DNA from: Eledone cirrhosa
Lineage: Eukaryota
Assembly (NCBI GenBank): GCA_964016885.1
Contig: OZ024740.1
Location: 87,978,001-88,042,000 of the forward strand
DNA: 64,000 bases
Reading direction: 5' to 3'
In this document: in pieces, positions 27,841 through 40,661 of the stretch
Layout: each line of letters starts with the position of its first letter
Position numbering within the stretch: position 1 is the stretch's first letter
Position numbers and translations under genes: made by a program
The notes under the pieces: model-generated
Databases searched by the model: none
The model's input: the letters and a program-made list of their open reading frames with translations, nothing else
Told to the model about the DNA's origin: nothing

Positions 27841-28473
27841 TTTTCCTTATGAGGACAAAAGTCCCAGGAACGGCAAAATATATTGCTATCTGCCAGCTAG
27901 CACAGGATCGAATGAGGCCGTAAACTTGACCTGTGTATGAACCAGCCCTTAGTAGAAGCGGAAGTAAACATAAATGTGTTGTCTATCACACCACTAAAAA
28001 TAGCAGCTAAATAAAACAACGGATTTGTTCTCTACATAACGGAGAATATACAAAAGGAGATTAATATCCCCACAGGCACTAAGTACCTCTGGAAATATAT
28101 AGGGTGTCTATGATACAATGGTTGTTCTATGGTATTAATTTGACATTCCAGAACTATAAATTTGAGATAGCGAAGCAAGTAAGATTCAAACAAATTTTTA
28201 AAATCAATAAAATATAATTTAACAGAGGTACTTAGTACCTGTGGGGATATTAATCTCCTTTTGTAAATTCTCCGTTATGTAGAGAACAAATCCGTTGTTT
28301 TATTAGCTACTATTTTTAGTGGCGTGATAGACAACATGTCTATGTTTACTTCCGCTTCTACTATGGGCTGGTTCATACACAGGTCAAGTTTACGGCCTCA
28401 TTCGATCCTGTGCTAGCTGGCAAGTGGCAATATATTTTGCCGTTCCTGGGACTTTTGTCCTAGGTAAGGAAAA

Positions 28474-28555
28474 TGCACTCTGATGATCCGAACATTTCCA
28501 TTGGAAGTCCCTAGGATCTCCAATCTTTTGTAAGGTGAAACCATCGGTAAAAGCA
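28474..28555 (+). ncRNA. Extended-stem-II hammerhead, family F (second copy)
   Basis: CTGATGA-TCC..TTGGA..TCCAA..GGT-GAA-ACC(ATC)GGT-A-AAAGCA. Confidence 0.7.
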
Positions 28556-28747
28556 AATGGAATAGGTAAATATTTAAATTATATTTTTTAATTTATTTAA
28601 AAAAATTGTTTGAATCTTACTTGCTCCGCTTATCTCAATTTTATAGTTCTGGTATGTCAAATTAATACCATGGAACAACCATTGTATCATAGACACCCTA
28701 TATATTTCCAGAGGTACTTAGTGCCTGTGGGGATATTAATCTCCTTT

Positions 28748-28798
<51 letters not shown>

Positions 28799-29286
28799 AT
28801 GGATATATATATATATATATATATCCATACACACACGTAGACAAACATACATGTCCATACATACATACATTCATGCATACGCACATACATACAGCATACA
28901 CACACACACATACATACATAGATATACGTGCGTACATATGCATACTCACATGCACACATATACACATATATATGAAGATTAGAACTGGGATAAAGGGAGA
29001 CATGCATGTATGAAAACATTTGTAATATGTCAGAAAAAGCAATAACGCCTGTCTGATGCAGAGAAAGTGGGAGGATAAGTAAAGAGGGAGAAAAAGATGA
29101 TGAGTGTATGAGTAAGAGGGAGATGGTGAGGGGAGGGAGATGTGTGTATGGGTGACTCTATATGTGATACATATGGTGTGTAATTAATATATAATGTTAA
29201 TTGTGTCAACGAAAATTTATTTAATTACAACAAACCTGAAGCGAAACACGCGTGTCATACCAATTAAAACAGGACGGACCACAGGT

Positions 29287-29622
<336 letters not shown>

Positions 29623-29783
29623 AAAAATATATAAGTGATGTACAAAATGATGATAGACACGCGTCCTCTCACACGCACATATACATACATATCCGGTGTA
29701 AACAAGATTAGTTGAGCTACGAAGCATTGGGATATTTAAAATTAATAGTTGAATACCTCAGTAAACGACTATTGTTTATAGTT

Positions 29784-30303
29784 ATTGGCAGTATCGGTAG
29801 AGGGTTGGACGCCATGGTTTGCAGCCTAGAGTTAGAGCCCTTTACGTTGCGAGTTCAAATCCCGCCGAGGTTAACTTTGCCTTTCATCATTACGGGGTGG
29901 ATAAAATAAAGTACCAGTAATACACTGGTTTTGCTGGCTCTGTGCCAAAAGTAGAAACAATTATTATAGATATTGGTAGTATCGGTAGAGGGTTGGACGC
30001 CATGGTTTGCAGCCTAGAGTTACAGCCCTTTACGTTGCGAGTTCAAATCCCGCCGAGGTTAACTTTGCCTTTTATCCTTGCGGGGTAGATAAAATAAAGT
30101 AACAGTAACACACTGGGGTCGATTCGATTGATTTTTCCCATTCCCCGAAATTGCTGGCCTTGTGCTTATATCAGAAACCATTATTATAGTTAATCCCGCC
30201 GAGGTTAACTTTGCCTTTCATCCTTATGGGGTCGATAAAATAAAGTACCAGTAATGTACTGGGATAATTGCTGGCCTTGTACCAAAAGTAGAAACAATTA
30301 TTA
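29784..30303 (+). mobile_element. Three tandem copies of the dominant SINE
   Basis: 29784-29965, 29972-30185 and 5'-truncated 30193-30303, separated by ATTATTATAG. Confidence 0.92.
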
Positions 30304-30539
30304 TAGTTAACTGTGAGTATTCTAACATAATCATATATTGTGAGAGAGCGTGCTATAAGTCTGGGCAATGGTTTAAAGGTGTAGTCGATCCAATGGATGT
30401 ACTGTTCCTGTAATTACCTACTGGCGATGTCTGTAACAACACACCCACATACCCAGACACACAGAAGCACACACATATATGTATATGTGTGCGTCTCAGT
30501 GTGTGTGTGTAAATAAATAAATATATATATATATATAAA

Positions 30540-30621
<82 letters not shown>

Positions 30622-31056
30622 GAAAGAAGAATGGCGTGCTCCGTTGTTGCGAACATGGACATATGAATAAAAATAGACAAGGGGTAAAATGTCCTCTTCA
30701 GTAGTCTGCTGATTATCGTTGGTATTTAGACGCATTAAAGACTAGATACCTAAAATCAATTAAGTTATCGGGACAGTGGGAAAACAGAGGGCAGGAAAGA
30801 AACACATGGTGGTATGCAACGTAAAGAGAGGAAAATGGAGACAAGTCAATGAATCCTGTGGGCTTAAGCCCGACAAATCAAATTGGCGAGGAGAAATAGA
30901 CACGTCCGAGCCGCGAGAAGATTGAGAGAGGAAAGAAATTCAAGCAGGTCAGACGGGAGGAAGTGAGAGGAGGGGGGAGCAGAGAGGGAGTGAGTGAAAG
31001 TAGGAGGAAGGGGCCAGCTGAGACTGAGTGACCAGCAGCGGGAGTTATATATATAT

Positions 31057-31109
<53 letters not shown>

Positions 31110-31110
<1 letters not shown>

Positions 31111-31503
31111 GTAGGTCCCGGGTTGAGTCGGGGATAACCACAGTAAGTAAGGTACTCAATACATGGCAGAGTAAAATTTTTTTATTTTATAGAAGGAGCT
31201 TCTACAGGACTAGTACTGTTTCATTCAGATGAAATCTTCAGGAAGCTGGGTGTCATATTAAGTTGTGGTCAGAGCAAACAACACGGACGCTCTATCTCAA
31301 AATTATTTTTGAAAAGCATTTAGAAATGCGCAACCGGTAAACACTTAAAAACTTTAAACCACAACTGAATACTAACCCATACAATCACTAATACTCTTTT
31401 ATTCCTAATTAAACCATTTTTCAACTGTGAACAATTTGTCAGCATTTTCTATTCCGTTTACCAATATATAATAACTTGTGTGTTACACCTCTATTCTTTT
31501 AAC
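31110..31503 (-). mobile_element. Family A element (about 394 bp, TA-flanked) with hammerhead at 31197-31247
   Basis: 31110-31255 is the reverse complement of 10281-10427; a terminal 22-mer is repeated inverted at 31523-31545. Confidence 0.85.
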
Positions 31504-31573
31504 ATATATATATATATATATAGTTAAAAGAATAGAGGTGTAACATATATATATATACATATATATATATATA

Positions 31574-32458
31574 CGAGGTGTGTCAGAAAAGTTCCAGGAC
31601 TGATGTCACAAAAGATTTATTTCAAACCCAAACTTCACACTAAGTGTTTTCTCCTCAAAAGTAATCCCCCTGAAGTCTAATGCACTTTTCCATCCTTTTC
31701 TGCCACGCTTGTATGCACTCCTGGAAGGATTCTCCGGGATCCTCCGCAGTTCCGTCGTCACGGCCATTTTGATGTTGTCCACGTCTTCAAAATGGGTCCC
31801 CTCCGGGTCGGACTCGAAAATCCATGACTCATCAGCGGTGATGACTGTCCCTAGTAAGTCTGGTTCGGTTTCAAGACGCTCGAGGATGTCCTGGCACACT
31901 TGCATGCGTCGACCCTTCTCGTCATCGTTCAGCAGTTTTGGCACCATCTTCGCGCAGACTTTCCGCATGTCCAAATTTTCAGTGAGAATCTTCCAGACGC
32001 TGTCCCGATTCATGCCCAGCTCATTTGCCATCAGTCGAATAGTCAGCCGACGATCGCTACGCACCATCTGCCTGACGAGCTCAACCTTGACCTCAGTCCT
32101 TGTTGTTGAGGGCCTTCGGCTCCTGGGGTCATCTTGCACCACTCAAAAACACATGAGCGTGACATCGTCTCATCTCCATACATTTGCTGCAGCAATCCCA
32201 GTGCTTCTGACGGAGATTTACCCAAACGTACCAGAAACTTCAAGTTTGTTCGTTGCTCTGTGCTCATTGCTTGACGACCTGAAACAGAGGACATGTATAT
32301 AAAATTATGAAGAACAAAGTTTGATCGATGCAGAGAGCTAAGATTACAGTTACATACTCCAGGGGGATTACTTTGAAGGAGAAAACTCTTAGTGTGAAGT
32401 TTGGGTTTGAAATAAATCTTATGTGACATCAGTCCTGGAACTTTTCTGACACACCTCG
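31574..32458 (-). mobile_element. Internally deleted mariner with about 100 bp TIRs and TA target duplication
   Basis: TA|CGAGGTGTGTCAGAAAAG..CTTTTCTGACACACCTCG|TA; EQRTNLKFLVRLGKS, RKVCAKMVPKLL, VITADESWIF. Confidence 0.93.
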
Positions 32459-32469
32459 TATATATATAT

Positions 32470-33008
32470 TAAAACTACCCTAAAGGGCCACATGTTTAAG
32501 TTTAATGAAAAAATTTACACCCAGAATGCCAAGCTATTTATGATATGGTGGGAAAGGAGACTCAGAGAACTCCTAGAAGAGAACTCCATACCCCTCGTCA
32601 TGTATTCTCGTTACGTAGACGATATCAATATAGTAATAAAAACACCCCCACAAGAGAGTACCAATAAACCCGAATTAGAAAATAACACAATGGAGAGCAT
32701 CCAGCTGGTAGTTAATTCCATACACTAGAGCATAACAGTAACTGTTGACTACCCTTCAAAACACACTAACAATAGACTACCAGTATTAGACACTGAACTC
32801 TGGTGAAAGACTATAAAGGAGAAAACCCAAATTCTCCACTCACATTATGCTAAACCCATGGCTTCCAAATACCTTATACACAAAATCTCAGCGATGTCCA
32901 ATAGTGTTAAGTTTAATATTCTGATCGCAGACTTGATAAGAGTTATGAAGAATGTGTCCCACATGTGCGATCCAACTGAAATAGAAAGACACATTCAACA
33001 CTTCATCA
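32470..33008 (+). pseudogene. Penelope-like RT fragment
   Basis: FKFNEKIYTQ, YSRYVDDI, TVDYPS..RLPVLD, HYAKPMAS..SAM..ADLIR; in-frame stops; starts at a TA tract. Confidence 0.75.
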
Positions 33009-33103
33009 TTTTCTAAGGTGACTCGCTTTCACCCTTAATCTTTTGCGTAGCTTTAATACCCTTACAACCGAACTTGACAGAACACGGTATGGTTACAAAA
33101 TGT
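33008..33103 (+). pseudogene. Short R4/Dong-type RT fragment
   Basis: IF*GDSLSPLIFCVALIPL..TELDRTRYGYK. Confidence 0.65.
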
Positions 33104-33365
33104 AATCTGAGTTTTTTGAATATTAATAATAACATTCGATTCGTTTGCAGTTATATATATAGTGAAATAAAATAACAACGACGATTGGTTACTCCTTCAT
33201 TACGTTTATTGGTTGGTGACGCGCGTTCACCACTGATCAGCTCAAGGTTCGATCTGTATCCATCTATCCCGATTCTGTAACCCACGACTCATGGAAAAAT
33301 GAAGTGAACCTAAACATCGAGTGCTCACCTGAGTGAACCTACAGTAACTCCAAGTTACACTCCCT

Positions 33366-33428
<63 letters not shown>

Positions 33429-33654
33429 AGAAATTGAGGTTTTCTTTTAAATGAAAATAAACGAGATGTCCTACACGAGTTAAAGTATAAGGAAAAAATA
33501 TGAAATCGAAAATACAACTGGAGTCTTTTTAAGAATATTTATTAAGAATCAAATAAGTATTCTTAAAAAGACTCCAATTTCATTTTCGATTTCATCTTTT
33601 TTTCCCTATATATATATAAGTAAGTATGTTTTGAAACAGTGAGCGAGTTTGAAA

Positions 33655-34021
33655 TTAGAAACATAAGCTTTCACCGTATTTTTTACTAAATAAATTTTTA
33701 CCCTGATAGTGGGGTTTAGAACCCTCAGAGAAATGGAAACAGATGAGTATTGACGTACATGGGAGTCGAACCCACATCTTTGGTTATCCAGCTACATTCT
33801 TAGCAAGTACTTGCTAAGAATGTAGCTTCTAATTTGAATGGAAGGAGATGGGTGATGTGTTGGTGTAATAGTAGCACAGTGGTCTGGATAACCAAAGATG
33901 TGGGTTCGATTCCCATGTACGTCAATACTCATTTTTTTTCCATTTCTTTGAGGGTTCTAAACCCCACTATCCGGCTAAAAATTTCTTTAGTCAAAAATAC
34001 GGTGAAAGATTATATTTCTAA
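33655..34021. mobile_element. Fold-back element with a tRNA-like head (family T)
   Basis: 33655-33792 is the reverse complement of 33884-34021; 38 bp perfect palindrome 33790-33827; third partial copy at 42665-42767. Confidence 0.8.
33853..33925 (+). other. tRNA-derived cloverleaf (SINE-like head, tRNA-Gln-like D-arm), not called a functional tRNA
   Basis: Acceptor TGATGTG/TACGTCA, D-arm TGGTGTAATAGTAGCAC, TGGT(CTGGATA)ACCA, T-arm GTGGG(TTCGATT)CCCAT. Confidence 0.7.
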
Positions 34022-34208
34022 TATATATATATATATATGATAGAATTAGGATTTAACTTCATGCATAGCTGTATACAGATATGTATTAGAATTTTGTATT
34101 TCTAAAGAAATACGTTATGTTTACAGGTAAATATTTAGAAAACTGTAGCTATGCAAAACACCGGGGCTAACGCCCTCTGGTGGTGTCCAGCAGAAGCAAG
34201 GGGGACAA

Positions 34209-34250
34209 TCGTCGATGCATTTCGAACTTAACTGGTACTCATCAGGACGA
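34209..34250 (-). ncRNA. Minimal type I hammerhead
   Basis: TCGTC-CTGATGA-GTAC(CAGTTAA)GTTC-GAA-ATGCAT-C-GACGA. Confidence 0.8.
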
Positions 34251-35428
34251 CCCCTCCCACAGTTGCGACTACTGGACTTGAAAACAGGTGTGAATATATG
34301 GTTTTCTCGTCTGTGTAAATGAGGTGATTAATCTCATTTGCATATGAAGCTGCTTAAGTTGGCTCAACTTATAATAGAATAGAATATTTATCAAATTTGC
34401 ACACACAAAAAAAAAGAAATGTGTGGGAGGTATGAACAAAATTATCTGTCTTCTTCAACAGCCACTCCTGGACAATGCTCTTTCGTGCATAAGGATGGCA
34501 TTGCATAGAGAGAGAGAGAGTGTGGGAGAAAGGGAGTGAGAGATAGAGAATAACAGAGAAAGTTGTCACGCTAATAGATAGATATGCTGATAGATAGATA
34601 TGTATTTATGTTTCTCTCTCTTTCTCTCTCTGAAATTATACATAGTGATAGGTTTTTATCGTTTATATTTTTTAAATTCTTCTAGAAATTTTGAAGGGCA
34701 TCGTGTACGCGTTCATGCATACAAATTAAAGAACCTTTAACTTCTTCGAAACAAGATGCCTAGCACAAAATCTAAAATGTTTTTTTTTACTCAAACTTCA
34801 TACACAATCACATGCAAACTCACGCAGAAGCCCACACATACAATCACACATCTCACATGTTTTTTATTCACTCGACGTTAAAATCAGTCTCTTCCCACCT
34901 CCCACCACACTCTCTCTCTATATCGCTTTTCTTCATCCACATACAATCTAAGAAATACGTAACTCACACATCCATTCACATACACACAGATAAAACAAAG
35001 TCGATGATCGAAATAAAATCCCCGTTGAAAATTGAAATTGAATCTGTTGTCTTCTTTTATTTATTTAGTCTTATTCATTTACTGGAGAAATCGATGCTTA
35101 AACCGATCCTACCGACATAGAGAGATGGAGAGAAAAGGAAAAAAAATGAATGAAAATAAATAATGATATAGAAAAAAAAGCATTCAACTGGGAAAATAGC
35201 TCATAGAGCGCAATTTAAGCAAGAGAAAGGCAAACAATACTCAGTTTTGATAGGCTGATATAAGAGATGTTTAATGAATGACTTCTTTCATACACACAAT
35301 CCCCACATACGGACAAACAAACATGTATATTCATGCATACATACACACAAAACAAATATACATACATACACACACACACACACATATATATATGTGTGTA
35401 TGTGTCTCTCTCTGTCTCTCTGTGTGAC

Positions 35429-35479
<51 letters not shown>

Positions 35480-35489
35480 GGAAAAGGTA

Positions 35490-35537
35490 TGACCCCGACG
35501 GCAGAGCTCAAGCCGTTTCGACGGCTATTTCAGGACT
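35490..35537. repeat. Motif K copy 3
   Basis: GACCCCGACGGCAGAGCTCAAGCCGTTTCGACGGCTATTTCAGGAC. Confidence 0.85.
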
Positions 35538-35959
35538 AGTCCTATCACCCACTCTACTACCCTAAGTATTGAGTACTCTGGTGCGTTATGGTCCACCTGG
35601 TTCCTTACCACAATTCCCTCTTTATATATATATATATATATATATGCACAAAGACATATGTATATATGTAGAGAAGTAGAAATATATACACACATACGTG
35701 TTTGTAGAAATCTAAGTAAAAACGAAACACAAAAACAGACCTCCAGCCACGCTTATAATACGTACATACAAATATTTGCGTGTTTGCTTTAAATGCACGA
35801 TTGGAGTGTTTATTAAAGAGCTGGCTGTTGAACTCTCTATATTGTTCTAACATGTTAGGCTTAATCGGGACAGTGCATACGTTAGCATATGCTAAGGGGG
35901 ATAATTCGTCGTGGGAGAATTCATCTTCATTTGTTTCTAACGTCAGAATGATAGGTATT

Positions 35960-36590
35960 GTTATATAGAGTTAGGTCGTGGTATATCGTGTCATGTCATG
36001 TTATATCGCATGTAAAATCATGTTAAATCGTTTTATATCAAGTTATATCGCATTATAACAGGCTATATCGTGTAATTTCATGTTATCTTGTTTTATATCA
36101 TGTTATATCGCACTATAACACGCTATATTGTATTCTAATGTGTTATATCATGTCACATCGAATTTTCTCACGTTATACGTGTCATATCACCTTATATCGT
36201 GTTATACCATGTTATATCGTATTAACATATATATATCACGTTATATCATGTTATATGATGTTATATAGCATTATCTCATAGCACACGATACTACATCGTA
36301 TTATATCATGTTATATCATCCCACCGAGGTTAACTTTGCCTTTCATCCTTACGGGGTCGATAAAATAAAGTACCAGTAATGCACTGGGTAATTGCTGGCC
36401 TTGTGCCAAAAGTAGAAACAATTATATTATGTTATATCATCCCACCGAGATTAACTTAGCCTTTCATCCTTACGGGGGTCGATAAAATAAAGTACCAGTA
36501 ATACACTGGGATAATTGCTGGCCTTGTACCAAAAGTAGAAACAGTTATATCATGCTACAGTATGTTATAATATAATGTATGTTATATTAA
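35960..36590. repeat. Degenerate 10-bp minisatellite (TATCATGTTA)n with two truncated SINE inserts (36319-36423, 36439-36545)
   Basis: 10-bp periodicity visible throughout. Confidence 0.85.
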
Positions 36591-38342
36591 CCTCCATATA
36601 TATCCTATTCCATGCTGGCTTGATGAAAATTCAGTTTCAAAACTATGAATGTCTTAAATATTACACAAGTTATATATATTTTTTGTTTGTATTTATTTCA
36701 CAATTGCTGAACAATAAAATCGTTTGTTACAGGCAAGACTGACAAGTATTGCAAGGGATTTCTTGTTTGAAAAGCACGTTTTCCGGCATTTCACAGCTCA
36801 TAAAAATAAAATGGTGTAAATCAAGAAAATAACACCCAGATACATACACACACAAATGCGTAGACCAGGTGCACAACTCATGGAAATCAGATGCTGTAAA
36901 ACAGAACAAAAAGGAGACATAAAGTAACAAAAGTAGTCAATGAAGAGATCACAGAATGTGCGCCAAGAGAGTTTTGACAACCATCCGTTTATCAAATTAA
37001 TCGACGGAAATCTTGGTTACTTAACCCATAAAATGAATTTCAACTGGTGCGTGTGTTATTGGCAACATGAACCTCCCCAACGAAGTACACACACACATAT
37101 ATTAGATAGTGAAAATAGAGCTTCGAACGTATTTTTCATTGCATCCTTTACATTTAATGGCATAAAGTAAATTTTTTGATGAGCAAGTGAAGAGAAAAAA
37201 AAAAAATTATCTATGCCATTAAATGTAAAAGATGCAATGAAAATTATATAGGACAAACTAAACTCACATTCAGAAAGAGAATGACAATTCATCGCCAACA
37301 ATTACGAGACCCTACCACAAGACAGATACCACTCAGTGTTCATCTAGACATATGCGCAAGTCTTCCCATTTTATCTTTGCGCTGACAATACAACAGAACA
37401 AATACGAGTAAATAAGGAAAATATGTTTATTCAAAAATATAGACCAGCATTAAATATAGTTTAATATACATTATGTTAACACCATAACATGCTAACCATC
37501 CAAACAGGCACATACATACACACACACATAACACCTTCTATATTCGAAAATAAAAAACAGCTAAATAAACCTTAATACGTTAATACTCTAACACCTTAAC
37601 ATTCTAACCATACCCTCCACACACATAACTCCCTCTCCCATTTCTACTAACAGAATCATTTTCCTACACACACACACACAAATATATATTCTCTCCATCT
37701 TAACATGCTAACCATACTCCCACACACACATATAATACACATACACTCACACACACACACACACACACAACACCCTCCCCCATTTCTACTAATAGAATCA
37801 TCATCCCACATACATACACACACACCATTACACAAATAAACATACATATCTCTACTTTCTTTATTTCAATAGAAAGTCTGAATTTTGACACCCCAGCACA
37901 TCAGCCATACTCACTGATCCAGAACAATTCTCCCGTTTTTCTTGACCATTATCTTTTGTTTGGCACAAAATTCTCTAAATGGCTACAAAAGAAATTCCCA
38001 AATATGGGCGCGAAATTTAATGTCCTTGTTCACATGACAGTCTAATTTCATTTATAACCAATCAAATTACATTTATAAAAAAAAACCTTCGTGAGCCACT
38101 TTTTTCCATATATAACAGAAGTAACATTCGAAGACCAACCAGATTCGAGAAAAACCACAAACCCTCCATCTCAATTCTACTTTTGAAAAGCACAAGAACT
38201 GCGAAACAGGTAAAGGAACCAAATAAATATATTTAAAAAAAAAAGACTCCAGTTGCATTTTCGATTTCATCTTTTTTCCGAATACTTTCACTCGTGTAGG
38301 ACACCTCGGTTATTTTTCATTTTGTAAAAAGAACCTCACTTT

Positions 38343-38429
<87 letters not shown>

Positions 38430-38652
38430 CGAAGGATTTGTGGTAAGGAACCAGATGGATCATAACGCACCAAAGTACTCAATACTTAGTGTAGTAGAGT
38501 GGGTATTTATATATATATATATATATATATTGAGTATATGTTGGATTACAGTTAGGTATATTTGAAAAAAAGAAAATAAATGACTTCACTTGTAGTTTAT
38601 TATATATGTGTATATATATATATAAATGTAATCTGAGTTTTTCGAATATTAA

Positions 38653-38842
38653 TTATTGTTTCTACTTTTGGCACAAGGCCAGCGATTACCCAGTGCATTA
38701 CTGGTACTTTATTTTATCGACCCCGTAAGGATGAAAGGCAAAGTTAACCTCGGCGGGATTTGAACTCAGAATGGCAAGGGCCGTAAATATGCATCAAAGC
38801 ATGGCGTCCAACCCTCTACCGATACTGCCAATCCACCGCCCT
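38653..38842 (-). mobile_element. Dominant SINE with 12 bp TSD
   Basis: TCGAATATTAAT at 38642 and 38846; an empty-site paralog is at 33101-33153. Confidence 0.93.
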
Positions 38843-39154
38843 ATATCGAATATTAATAATAACATTCGATTCGTTTGCAATTATGCAAACAAGCTTCAAT
38901 TTTATAGCCATGTCAGTAGAATGAACCCTTCATTCTAGCTCTTGTGTTACGATTTGAACACATATATGTACATATCTGTGTTTATCTCTTTTTTATATTC
39001 AATTATATATATATATATATATGTATTCATACGCTATGATTATATAGCTCCAAATTGTGTGGAAATTTGATGGGTGACGTATGGGTGTAAATGGTTAGCA
39101 CAGTAGACATGTTAGCCAAAGATGTGGCTTCAATTTATTTCATTTCTCATTCTT

Positions 39155-39190
39155 TCTTCTGATGAAGGACTAACATCCGAAACGCTAAGG
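39155..39190 (+). ncRNA. Family D hammerhead (cleavage triplet mutated), preceded by a tRNA-like head at 39075-39135
   Basis: TCTT-CTGATGA-A-GGA(CTAACA)TCC-GAA-ACGC-T-AAGG. Confidence 0.65.
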
Positions 39191-39382
39191 CCCTCTTCCT
39201 GCTATTGCAAGCGTTAACCTAATATATTCCTTCCATACTGTACCGATTGTGTTGTTATTTCTGTTTACCTTTTACACAGACGCACAGACACACACACACA
39301 GACGCACAGACACACACACACAGACGCACAGACACACACACACAGACACACACACACACACACGCACACAGACACGCACGCG

Positions 39383-39450
<68 letters not shown>

Positions 39451-39632
39451 AGATATATGAAGGAAGTCCAACAGTAAAAGTAATTCAATAGTGAATTATG
39501 GTGGTTGTGTTGACGTGTTGATGCAGAGGACATAATCTTCAACAACAAATATCATCACACGGTCTCCAATCAATTGACTTGCCAAACAAATACAATTCCA
39601 AATATAAAATTACAAGGACACTAAATCCCCCC

Positions 39633-39674
<42 letters not shown>

Positions 39675-39684
<10 letters not shown>

Positions 39685-40600
39685 CGTAAAATAAGAAAAT
39701 ATTTTTTAAAAAATTTAAAAAAAATTTTTTACTTACTTACTTAAATTTTCACTCCAACTAATTAGTTTCTGCAATGGGATAAAGACAGTTACATAATCCA
39801 ACTGTCGAGAATTCATTGCGTCATCAGGGAGTCTATTCTCAGCTGAGCCTCCAGGCAATGCGCGGACACTAGCGGCTCATATAAAAATAATAATTCGGTA
39901 GAAAGAACAGCTAGGCGAGGACTGGATTCTATGTACTGAAATTCTCACTGCTTCCAGTCAAATGTCCGATTCTAAAGAATCAATCACGTGACATTGAGGC
40001 TAGTTAGAAGGAATGGGATGGTAAGATGACTGACGCCTACTAACACCCCAAAAAAATTTTGAAGTGGTTTTGGCAGGTTTGCAAACCTGCCAAAACCACT
40101 TCAAAATTTTTTTTGGGGTGTTAGTAGGCGTCAGTCATCTTACCATCCCATTCCTTCTAACTAGCCTCTATGTCACGTGATTGATTCTTTAGAATCGGAC
40201 ATTTGACTGGAAGCAGTGAGAATTTCAGTACATAGAATCCAGTCCTCGCCTAGCTGTTCTTTCTACCGAATTATTATTTTTATATGAGCCGCTAGTGTCC
40301 GCGCATTGCCTGGAGGCTCAGCTGAGAATAGACTCCCTGATGACGCAATGAATTCTCGACAGTTGGATTATGTAACTGACTTTATCCCATTGCAGAAACT
40401 AATTACTTGGAGTGAAAATTTAAGTAAGTAAGTAAAAAATTTTTTTAAAATTTTTTAAAAAATATTTTCTTATTTTACGTCTTTTATATTATTGTTCTGC
40501 ACCCTCCTGCATTGAACCACCTAGGTACTATGACATAACCTGTGTATTTGCTGGCATGGACGTGCATCTGTGCGCCTATGTTAGTTGATATATTAAATTA
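39675..40600. mobile_element. Family E element forming an about 815 bp spacer-less palindrome (39675-40489)
   Basis: Centre GGCAGGTTTG|CAAACCTGCC at 40081/40082; only a few mismatches between arms. Confidence 0.9.
39751..39832 (-). ncRNA. Extended-stem-II hammerhead, family E (mirror at 40332-40413, plus strand)
   Basis: ACTCC-CTGATGA-C-GCAATG-AATTCTC-GACAGTT(GGATTATGT)AACTGTC-TTTATCC-CATTGC-A-GAA-ACTAATTAGT-T-GGAGT. Confidence 0.88.
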
Positions 40601-40646
<46 letters not shown>

Positions 40647-40661
40647 TATATATATATATAT

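Larger units (their letters stand above)
27667..28750. mobile_element. Hammerhead element family F: two diverged, opposite-orientation 1.1-mers of an about 487 nt monomer
   Basis: CTATAAA.TTGAGATA at 27667 and 28154; CAGAGGTACTTAG at 28223 and 28709; the halves are reverse complements. Confidence 0.85.

Noticed and set aside
29232-29262. CTGAAGCGAAACACGCGTGTC and similar half-motifs (2745, 30690, 33218, 58965, 62850)
   Set aside because: Only one half of the core or stem III is present, with no consistent stem I or II.
29784-30303. Tandem repeats suggesting a CRISPR-like array (also 60078-60690 and 35960-36590)
   Set aside because: These are tandem SINEs and a minisatellite. There are no constant-length unique spacers or cas genes, and the context is eukaryotic.
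33853-33925. Functional tRNA-Ser(GGA) gene
   Set aside because: It lacks a long variable arm, has a Gln-like D-arm and is embedded in a multi-copy element, so it is treated as tRNA-derived.
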